From the NCBI GenBank assembly GCA_014381725.1, contig JACNLC010000061.1:2-64001 (forward strand): a DNA stretch of 64,000 bases, read 5' to 3'. Made by a program: the position numbers and the translations under genes. The notes below the pieces were generated by a model. The model had not been told where the DNA came from and did no database searches. It saw only the letters and a list, made by a program, of their open reading frames with translations. Within the stretch, counting starts at the first letter, position 1. Every line of letters begins with the position of its first letter. The DNA is from Fidelibacterota bacterium. GTDB lineage: Bacteria > Fidelibacterota > Marinisomatia > SCGC-AAA003-L08 > JACNLC01. Positions 37,636 to 44,992 of the stretch are shown here, one piece after another.

Positions 37636-38501
37636 TGAATAATTTCACTTCCAATATACACTATTTTAGACGGATATCTCAAGTCCTCGCAATTGGATTA
37701 ATAATCATTATTCCGTTTTCTAATTTACTTGGTATCCATTGGGTTTCTGGTACTTTATACAGTATGAGTTTTGGCTCGCTCGATTTCTCTGACCCAAGTT
37801 TGATTTTGCAAACATTGGTTTTAGTTAAAAAGATTTCACTACCATTTTTTATATCGGGGATTATTCCATTATTGTTGGCAATGTTCTTAGGGAAAGTGTT
37901 TTGCAGTTGGATATGTCCATTTCATTTACTCTCTGAATGGGCTTACAAGTTAATTAAAAAAATCAAAAAGATATCTTCAACGGCTAACAAAAATCCAAAA
38001 CGAAATTTTAATTTAGTAATATTTTTTGGATTGTTATTATTCATATTTCTATCTGAAGTTCCAATATTCTCTTTGGTTTCTCTTCCTGGAATAATATCTT
38101 CTCAAGTTGCTGATTTAGTTATTATTAGAACATTAGGAATAGAGATATTTATTATAATTTTAGTTCTACTTTTGGAGATGTTTTCATTATCTCGTTTTTG
38201 GTGTAAATATGCTTGTCCCGTTGGTTTAAGTCTTGGATTAACTAAATTCAAAAATTCACTGAGTATTGTTTGTGACTCATCAAAATGTGGTAAATGCCCA
38301 CAGAGGAAGCAAAATCCCTGCAAAACAGCTTGTTCGTTCAATCTAAATCCAAAAGAATTAGGAATTTATCCAGTTTGCAACAATTGTATTGAATGCGTAT
38401 CAGTATGTAATGAAAATAATGGTGCTTTACAATTGACATTCAATTTAGTAAAAAAAACTAATATTAGAAATAAAAACAACAACCATAATAAAGGAGAATA
38501 A
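37632..38501 (+). CDS. napH: NapH-like membrane-bound iron-sulfur protein
   Basis: Four TM helices with two CxxxCP motifs (CSWICPF, CKYACPV) and a C-terminal Cys-rich Fe-S region (CGKCP..C, CNNCIECVSVC). There is a 4-nt overlap with the napG-like gene. Confidence 0.8.
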   Translation: MMNNFTSNIHYFRRISQVLAIGLIIIIPFSNLLGIHWVSGTLYSMSFGSLDFSDPSLILQTLVLVKKISLPFFISGIIPLLLAMFLGKVFCSWICPFHLLSEWAYKLIKKIKKISSTANKNPKRNFNLVIFFGLLLFIFLSEVPIFSLVSLPGIISSQVADLVIIRTLGIEIFIIILVLLLEMFSLSRFWCKYACPVGLSLGLTKFKNSLSIVCDSSKCGKCPQRKQNPCKTACSFNLNPKELGIYPVCNNCIECVSVCNENNGALQLTFNLVKKTNIRNKNNNHNKGE

Positions 38502-38504
38502 TCA

Positions 38505-38972
38505 ATGAAGAAAGGAGAAGGACAGAAGCAAAATCGAAAAGAATTCTTGAAGAAATTCGGGATATTTGGTGTTTTGATTTTGGCTGTCGGAAGTTTTGTC
38601 AAGAATCTGATTGTGTTCGTCTCTCCGGAAAGTAAAACTAAAAGTACACATCGATATTTAGTTGGTAAAAAAAGTGAGATATCGGTAGGAAAATCTAAGG
38701 AAATTTCAATTCAGGGTAAACCTGCTTTTGTGGTTCGATTAGATGAAGGTTTTAAAGTATTTTCCGGAGTATGTACTCATTTAGGATGTATTATCAAATG
38801 GGAAGAAAACAATAACAGATTCTTTTGCCCTTGCCATAATGGAGTTTTTGATAAAACAGGGAAAGTTGTTTCCGGACCACCACCTGAACCACTTAAAGAA
38901 TTTGAGGTAGAAGAAGACGGGAATTTGGTGTTTATTCAAGTTGAGGATAAACGGAAAGGACCTTGGGTATGA
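38505..38972 (+). CDS. Rieske [2Fe-2S] protein of a cytochrome bc-type complex
   Basis: Rieske boxes CTHLGC and CPCHNG. N-terminal RKEFLKK is followed by a TM helix (Tat-type anchor). Confidence 0.9.
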   Translation: MKKGEGQKQNRKEFLKKFGIFGVLILAVGSFVKNLIVFVSPESKTKSTHRYLVGKKSEISVGKSKEISIQGKPAFVVRLDEGFKVFSGVCTHLGCIIKWEENNNRFFCPCHNGVFDKTGKVVSGPPPEPLKEFEVEEDGNLVFIQVEDKRKGPWV

Positions 38973-40006
38973 GTGCAAAAGAATGGATAAACGAACGATT
39001 TCCAATTAAAGGGAAATCTTTGACAGAGACACTTTTAAAGGAAGAAATTCCTATACATATGAAAAAGTGGTTATTTGCAATGGGAACAACGCCATTTATA
39101 TTGTTTCCTCTTCAGATAATTACAGGTATGTTACTTGCTTTCTATTTCATTCCGTCGACGGAAATGGCATTCGAAAGTGTTCGATATATTACTGAAGAAG
39201 TAAGAATGGGATTTTGGATAAGAGGAATTCATCATTGGGGAGCGAATTTAATGGTGATTTCAATATTCCTGCATATGATGAGAGTATTCTTTACACATTC
39301 CTATAGAAAACCTCGTGAATTGAATTGGGTAGTTGGGTTTGTACTATTATTTTTAACCTTAACCATTTCATTTACAGGTTATTCTCTGACTTACAATCAA
39401 GTATCATTTTGGGCTGCAACGGTAGGAACTAATTTAGTAAAGGAAGTTCCATTTATTGGTACAGCTCTTTTAGAAATGATGCGAGGTGGTGGGGATGTAA
39501 CAATAAATACTCTAACTCGGTTTTACACACTTCATGTGTGGTTACTTCCGATAATTATAACTTTGATAGTTGTATTCCACATTGTGATGATAAGGTTGCA
39601 CGGTATTTCTGAACCAAAGGAATTTGAAAAAGGACATTACGAATTTTATCCGAATCATTTGTATAAAATTATTATCGTAACTCTTTTTCTAATTTCATTT
39701 TTGAGTCTGATGGCAGTCTTGTTACCTCCTGGGTTAGGGGAGCCTGCAGACCCGGCGAATACTCCGTTGCATATCAAACCCGAATGGTACTTTTTCCCAG
39801 TATTCTTATTTTTAAGATTAGTACCGTTAAGTGTGGGGTTATCGTTAACAGGTTTAGCGGTTTTACTAATGACATTCTGGCCATTTTTTGAAACATTGTT
39901 TTCTAAAAATGAGAAAACGAGAAATGTAATTAGCAGAATAGTTGGAAGTATAGCAATCATAATTTTGATTGTATTTACAATTATCGAATCATTTTCACTC
40001 ATTTAA
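38969..40006 (+). CDS. Cytochrome b (fused b6-like N-terminal domain plus subunit IV-like C-terminal domain)
   Basis: Haem-ligand helices (GIHHWGANLMV..FLHMMRVF; YTLHVWLLP..FHIVMIRLHG) and Qo-site PEWYFFP. The ATG at 38969 overlaps the Rieske stop (ATGA). Confidence 0.9.
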   Translation: MSAKEWINERFPIKGKSLTETLLKEEIPIHMKKWLFAMGTTPFILFPLQIITGMLLAFYFIPSTEMAFESVRYITEEVRMGFWIRGIHHWGANLMVISIFLHMMRVFFTHSYRKPRELNWVVGFVLLFLTLTISFTGYSLTYNQVSFWAATVGTNLVKEVPFIGTALLEMMRGGGDVTINTLTRFYTLHVWLLPIIITLIVVFHIVMIRLHGISEPKEFEKGHYEFYPNHLYKIIIVTLFLISFLSLMAVLLPPGLGEPADPANTPLHIKPEWYFFPVFLFLRLVPLSVGLSLTGLAVLLMTFWPFFETLFSKNEKTRNVISRIVGSIAIIILIVFTIIESFSLI

Positions 40007-40030
40007 AAATTAAAAAGGAAAGGAAATTCT

Positions 40031-41647
40031 ATGAAAAATGTGAAAATACAACAATGGTTAATAGGCATATTTAGCGTATTGCTTATAGGAAGTCTAATGA
40101 TAGTCGCAAGTGTAGAAATTAAAAGAACATCAGGTGATTCTCACGAAATTGATGTTGATGAAATTTCAGCAAGATGTATAAAGTGCCACGAAAAAGAAAA
40201 CATAGCTGTTAAACAAGTACATGCTTGGGAAGAAAGTATGCACGCTTTAAAAGGCATTGGATGTTATGAATGTCACGAAGCTCAAAAAGATGACTTTGAT
40301 GCATTCTATTGCGAAAGTAGTGACTTATTGGTTGCACGACATCCCACACCGAAAGATTGTTCGGAATGCCACGAAAAAGAAGTCGCTGAGTTTGCTAATA
40401 GCAAACACGCACATCAATTTTGGTTATTTGCAAATGCAGACAGAGCAACATTTGAAATGCCGATTGCAACTCGACACGGATGCGAAGAATGCCACCAAAT
40501 CGGTAATCTTTGGCCTGATGGTAGTGTTGGGGAATGCGATGCTTGTCACAGTAAACACTCATTCAGTATGGAAGTTGCAAGACAACCGGAAACTTGTGGT
40601 GAATGTCATATTGGTCCGGACCATCCGCATATTGAGATTTATAATGAATCCAAACACGGAAACATTTTCAAGGCGAGAGGTAAACATTGGGATATGAATT
40701 ACAACACTACTAACAATGAAGAAATACCTTTTGAAGCACCAGTTTGTGTTACTTGCCATATGGACGGAAATGAAACTCAACCTATGACGCACGATGTTAG
40801 TGCTCGTTTGGCATGGGAATCGCAAGCACCGTGGAGTTATCGCACGGTTTGGGATGAAGAAAATTTGGGTAGTTGGGATGTAAAACGCGGTAGAATGGAA
40901 GCTATTTGCAATTCTTGTCACGCGCCAGATTTTGTGGATGTATATTTTCTAACGGCTGACTTGGTGAATTTGCAATACAATGAAATCCGTCGAGAGTTTG
41001 TCTATTGGACGCAAAAACTGACAGCAGACGGCACAATTGACCGTCTTGAAAAAGATGGAAAATTCTATTCCAATCCAGTTATCAGTGGTTGGGATGAAAA
41101 ACCAGAGGAATTGATGTATTATGCGTGGCATCACGAAGGTCGTCGTTTCCGTCATGGTGCACTTATGATGGGAGCAGACTTTACTCAGTGGCATGGAATT
41201 TGGGAAATCCAAGAAGATATGGTTGAACTAATTACTTGGGCAGCAGAACACGGCGATCACGAGGCTGAAAAATGGGTTAATTCAAATGATCCTGCAAAAT
41301 TTCGCCCCTATGCATTGTATGATATTCCGGGAAATGAATGGGGTATAAATGCAAAAGCAAATACAACACCATTTGTTTATAACAATCATCCAGATTATTG
41401 GGAGCGTGTGTATAAAAATGTAAAAAAAGCATACGACGAAGGTTTGCTCACAAGAGACCAATGGAATTTGTGGTTAAATCGTTACGAAAACAAAGACCAT
41501 TTTCTTGGATTAAAGTATACAAACGATGCTAAAGTTGATTCAACTTGGAACTTTTATAAAGATAGAAATGCTATTGATAAAGAAGCATTCATCAAGCAAG
41601 CTGTTAAATTAGATTTACCGGGGAAATCATTCTACGATGATAAGTAG
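40031..41647 (+). CDS. Octahaem c-type cytochrome of the hydroxylamine oxidoreductase (HAO) family
   Basis: Eight CxxCH motifs. Blocks are collinear with HAO: CEECH..CDACHSKHSFSMEVARQPETCGECHIGPDHPHIEIYNESKHG, APVCVTCHMDG, ICNSCHAPDF. An N-terminal hydrophobic anchor or signal is present. Confidence 0.85.
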   Translation: MKNVKIQQWLIGIFSVLLIGSLMIVASVEIKRTSGDSHEIDVDEISARCIKCHEKENIAVKQVHAWEESMHALKGIGCYECHEAQKDDFDAFYCESSDLLVARHPTPKDCSECHEKEVAEFANSKHAHQFWLFANADRATFEMPIATRHGCEECHQIGNLWPDGSVGECDACHSKHSFSMEVARQPETCGECHIGPDHPHIEIYNESKHGNIFKARGKHWDMNYNTTNNEEIPFEAPVCVTCHMDGNETQPMTHDVSARLAWESQAPWSYRTVWDEENLGSWDVKRGRMEAICNSCHAPDFVDVYFLTADLVNLQYNEIRREFVYWTQKLTADGTIDRLEKDGKFYSNPVISGWDEKPEELMYYAWHHEGRRFRHGALMMGADFTQWHGIWEIQEDMVELITWAAEHGDHEAEKWVNSNDPAKFRPYALYDIPGNEWGINAKANTTPFVYNNHPDYWERVYKNVKKAYDEGLLTRDQWNLWLNRYENKDHFLGLKYTNDAKVDSTWNFYKDRNAIDKEAFIKQAVKLDLPGKSFYDDK

Positions 41648-41698
41648 ATTTTGCTTCGTTCAATTATTTGGACAGCAGTAAATTACATAAGTAAAAAT

Positions 41699-41724
41699 GC
41701 GGAGGTTGTTGATGCAACCTCCGC
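41699..41724 (+). terminator. Perfect 10-bp stem-loop at the end of the respiratory operon (terminator or processing site, no clear U-tract)
   Basis: GCGGAGGTTG-TTGATG-CAACCTCCGC, followed by AAAACTCC. Confidence 0.35.
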
Positions 41725-41810
41725 AAAACTCCGAGTTATTTTTCCTACTTTCAATGAATATGGAAAAGTAACCGATAGGGTGAAATGGGAAACGATTTTA
41801 CCTCCCGAAC
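41725..41810 (+). promoter_or_regulatory. Candidate molybdenum cofactor (Moco) riboswitch
   Basis: CTCCGAG ... GGAAAAG ... CCGATAGGGTGAAATGGGAAAC ... CCTCCC lies directly 5' of moaA. This resembles, from memory, the conserved blocks of the Moco RNA motif. Confidence 0.5.
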
Positions 41811-42851
41811 TTGGAAAGGAGATTTGAAATAATTTTACAAACAAAAAATAATTCCTATAATGGAATTTCTAAACAACTCAGCGATAACTTCGGAAGGAAG
41901 ATTACATATCTGCGTGTAGCAATTACAGACCGTTGTAACTTGCGATGCAAATATTGTATGCCCGAAAATGGTATCCAATCAATCCCACACGAAAATGTTT
42001 TAACTTTTGAAGAACATCTAAGAATAATCCGATTGTCTTCAAAATTTGGTGTTAACAAAATAAGAGTTACTGGAGGAGAACCATTTGTTAGAAAAGGTAT
42101 AATCAAGTTCTTGCGAGATGTTAAACAAATTTCTGGAATTGAGAACATACACATAACAACTAATGGAATTAGCACATCTAAGTTTGCAGATGTGTTAAAT
42201 GAAATCGGAATTTCCGGAATTAATTTAAGCCTCGATACTTTGGATGAACAGAGATTCCATAAAATTACACGCCGAGATTTATTCGCAAATGTATGGAAAT
42301 CAATACAAAAAATAATTGAGTTAGAAATTCCGTTAAAAATCAATGCTGTTATTCAAAATGATTTCAACACCGATGAAATCATACCATTAGCAAATTTAGC
42401 TAAAGAATATCCGATTGATGTCCGATTTATTGAAGAAATGCCTTTTAATGGGACTGGAAAATTTACTTCAAAACCGTTCACAGGGAAACAGATTTATCAA
42501 ACTTTAGAGGAAGAATATCCAGACATAGAGCAAATTCTGAATAATGGTTCTACAGCTAAAATGTATAAAATTCCTGAGTTTACTGGAAAAGTTGGAATTA
42601 TAGGAGCATACTCGCGAACCTTTTGCTCCGCTTGTAATCGAATTCGATTAACATCAACTGGAATGCTAAAAACCTGTTTATACGATGATGGAATACTAAA
42701 CTTGAAAGATTTGTTGAGAAGTAATGCATCGGATAGTGATATTATAAGAGAAATCCAAAATAGTATTGGAAACCGAAATAAAGATGGATTTGTGTCTGAA
42801 TCTTTGAAAAAAACGAAAAACTATAATGCAATGGTGAACATTGGGGGATAA
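41811..42851 (+). CDS. moaA: GTP 3',8-cyclase (radical SAM, Moco biosynthesis)
   Basis: YLRVAITDRCNLRCKYCMP, RVTGGEP, and a C-terminal CSACNRIRLTSTGMLKTCL. The start is uncertain (TTG 41811, or ATA 41829 located 7 nt after AGGAG). Confidence 0.9.
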   Translation: MERRFEIILQTKNNSYNGISKQLSDNFGRKITYLRVAITDRCNLRCKYCMPENGIQSIPHENVLTFEEHLRIIRLSSKFGVNKIRVTGGEPFVRKGIIKFLRDVKQISGIENIHITTNGISTSKFADVLNEIGISGINLSLDTLDEQRFHKITRRDLFANVWKSIQKIIELEIPLKINAVIQNDFNTDEIIPLANLAKEYPIDVRFIEEMPFNGTGKFTSKPFTGKQIYQTLEEEYPDIEQILNNGSTAKMYKIPEFTGKVGIIGAYSRTFCSACNRIRLTSTGMLKTCLYDDGILNLKDLLRSNASDSDIIREIQNSIGNRNKDGFVSESLKKTKNYNAMVNIGG

Positions 42852-44000
42852 ATGAGCAAATTGAAAAACAAATTTGCGTTTTCAGAAATTACCGGTGCAT
42901 TAGGAGACCTTGGAACAACTCTACCAATTGCGTTTGCGTTGATAGTGATAAATGGATTTCCACCTGAAAGAATTTTCTTTTTGTGGGGAATAGTATATAT
43001 TCTTTCGGGTTGGTTTTACAAAGTGCCTATATCGGTTCAGCCATTGAAAGCGATGGCAGTTATTGCTATTGCCAACGAATATTCTGCGGATATGTTATCT
43101 TCTACAGCTTTCTTTTATGGAATTTTACTAATCATACTATCTTCTACAGGTGCTATTAAGTGGCTACAAAAGTGGTTTTCCGATGCGTTGGTGAAAGGTA
43201 TTCAAATGGGTATCGGACTTATCCTTGCGAAGAAAGCAGTAGTTTTAGTTTGGGAAAAAGGTCTTATATTGAATTTATCCGAATCGTCTTTATTGCTGAA
43301 TTTCACTATTTTTGTTACAGTGATATTAGCAATATGGGTTTTGCAGTTCAAACGAAAAATTCAGATAATTCTACCACTATGCGTTATTGGGATTATTGTA
43401 GTCCTGTATTTTGGAGTTAATCAGGATTTCAGTCAGTATTTAGGTAGAGTTGTTTTGTTCACTAAACCGAATGTTTCGTTGCTACTCAATAGTTTTGTTT
43501 TGCTGATGCTTCCACAATTACCATTGACATTGGGAAATGCAGTTTATGCAGCATCGGATAGTTGCCACATTTTGTGGAAGGAGCAATCGGAACGAGTGAA
43601 TCCAACTCGACTTGGAACTTCTATTGGATTGAGTAATGTTGCTATCGGATTAATGGGAGGATTTCCAATTTGTCACGGAGCTGGGGGAATTGGTGCTCAC
43701 GCTCAGTTTGGTGGTAAAACTGGGGGAACTACGATTATCATAGGCTCAATTTTAGTGATTATCGCAATAATACCGTCGGCATCCATATTTTTATTTTTAA
43801 TTCCTGTACCGATTTTGGCTGCGTTGTTACTTTTCGATAGTTTGCGAATGGTCAGCTTTGTGAAAAACTTACTTCAGACAACTGAAATGATAGTTGCTGT
43901 TACAGTTGGAATTATAGCATTTGCTACAAGAAATTTATTTATTGCATTGGTTATAGGATTTATTTTGGAATGGATAATTAAGCGAAAATCCGATAGCTAA
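42852..44000 (+). CDS. MOT1-family (SulP-related) putative molybdate transporter
   Basis: Long collinear similarity to plant MOT1 as I recall it: GALGDLGTTLPIAFAL, VPISVQPLKAMAVIAI, VKGIQMGIGL, PQLPLTLGNAV, PICHGAGGIGAHAQFGGKTGG. Confidence 0.75.
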   Translation: MSKLKNKFAFSEITGALGDLGTTLPIAFALIVINGFPPERIFFLWGIVYILSGWFYKVPISVQPLKAMAVIAIANEYSADMLSSTAFFYGILLIILSSTGAIKWLQKWFSDALVKGIQMGIGLILAKKAVVLVWEKGLILNLSESSLLLNFTIFVTVILAIWVLQFKRKIQIILPLCVIGIIVVLYFGVNQDFSQYLGRVVLFTKPNVSLLLNSFVLLMLPQLPLTLGNAVYAASDSCHILWKEQSERVNPTRLGTSIGLSNVAIGLMGGFPICHGAGGIGAHAQFGGKTGGTTIIIGSILVIIAIIPSASIFLFLIPVPILAALLLFDSLRMVSFVKNLLQTTEMIVAVTVGIIAFATRNLFIALVIGFILEWIIKRKSDS

Positions 44001-44036
44001 TAGAGAAGGGTTAACATTAAATAAGGAGAAAACAAT

Positions 44037-44945
44037 ATGATAGATGTAAGTCCAAAATTTAATACATTGAGATGGGCAACAGCTGAAGGTGTTTTAACGG
44101 CATCTGCTGAAGTGATACAAAGAGTAAAAGAGAATACCGTTCCGAAAGGAGATGTTCTTCAAGTAGCAAGGGCTGCGGGAATTCAAGCGGCAAAACGAAC
44201 AGCAGACTGGATTGTATTCTGCCATCCATTACCACTCGATTGGGTCGGGATAAAATTTGAAGTGGAAGAAACTCAGATTCGAGTAATTTCCGAGGTGAAA
44301 GCTGTTTGGAAAACCGGTGTGGAAATGGAAGCGATGTCAGCTGTGATGGGTGCAATGTTAAATATTTACGATATGCTCAAACCTTTGGATGATGAAATAA
44401 TTTTTAATGAAATTAAACTAATCAAAAAGAAAGGTGGGAAAAGTCAATTTACAGATTCATTTGAACCGGCCATTACATCAGCAGTCTTAGTTATTTCGGA
44501 CTCAACTTACAAAGGTGATAGAAAAGATAAGTCTGGAGTGATTATTAAGGAATTTTTAGAAAAACAACCTGTGGATGTTAAATTCTACGAAATTCTACCT
44601 GATAAACCTGAAATGATTACCGAAAGATTAACTCAACTTGCGGATGATGAGAAAATTCAGTTAATAATTACAACAGGGGGAACTGGCTTTGGTCCGAAAG
44701 ATTTTACTCCTGAATCTACCAAACCGATACTGGATAAGGAAGCTCCAGGAATTACAGAAACTATAAGAAAGCACGGAAAAGAACGCACTCCTTATGCAAT
44801 GTTGTCAAGGGAAATTGCAGGTATTCGTGGTGATTCGTTAATCATCACATTACCGGGAAGCTCAAAGGGTGCGAAAGAAAGTCTGGAAGCATTATTCCCG
44901 GGCTTATTGCACATTTTCCCTATGATGTGGGGCGGTGGACATTAA
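44037..44945 (+). CDS. moaC: Fusion protein: cyclic pyranopterin monophosphate synthase MoaC (N-terminal) plus MogA/MoaB-type domain (C-terminal)
   Basis: MoaC block (KGDVLQVARAAGIQAAKRTADWIVFCHPL, TGVEMEAMSAV..IYDM), then a MoaB/Mog block (VLVISDS, IITTGGTGFGPKDFTPE). Confidence 0.88.
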   Translation: MIDVSPKFNTLRWATAEGVLTASAEVIQRVKENTVPKGDVLQVARAAGIQAAKRTADWIVFCHPLPLDWVGIKFEVEETQIRVISEVKAVWKTGVEMEAMSAVMGAMLNIYDMLKPLDDEIIFNEIKLIKKKGGKSQFTDSFEPAITSAVLVISDSTYKGDRKDKSGVIIKEFLEKQPVDVKFYEILPDKPEMITERLTQLADDEKIQLIITTGGTGFGPKDFTPESTKPILDKEAPGITETIRKHGKERTPYAMLSREIAGIRGDSLIITLPGSSKGAKESLEALFPGLLHIFPMMWGGGH

Positions 44946-44992
44946 GAATTTAAGATTGAAAATTCTATGCTAAAAGCTAAATAGGAAAAAAA

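Noticed and set aside
40257-40697. 146-aa alternative-frame ORF within the octahaem gene.
   Set aside because: The overlapping frame carries eight CxxCH motifs and HAO-family blocks, whereas the alternative frame has no recognisable features.
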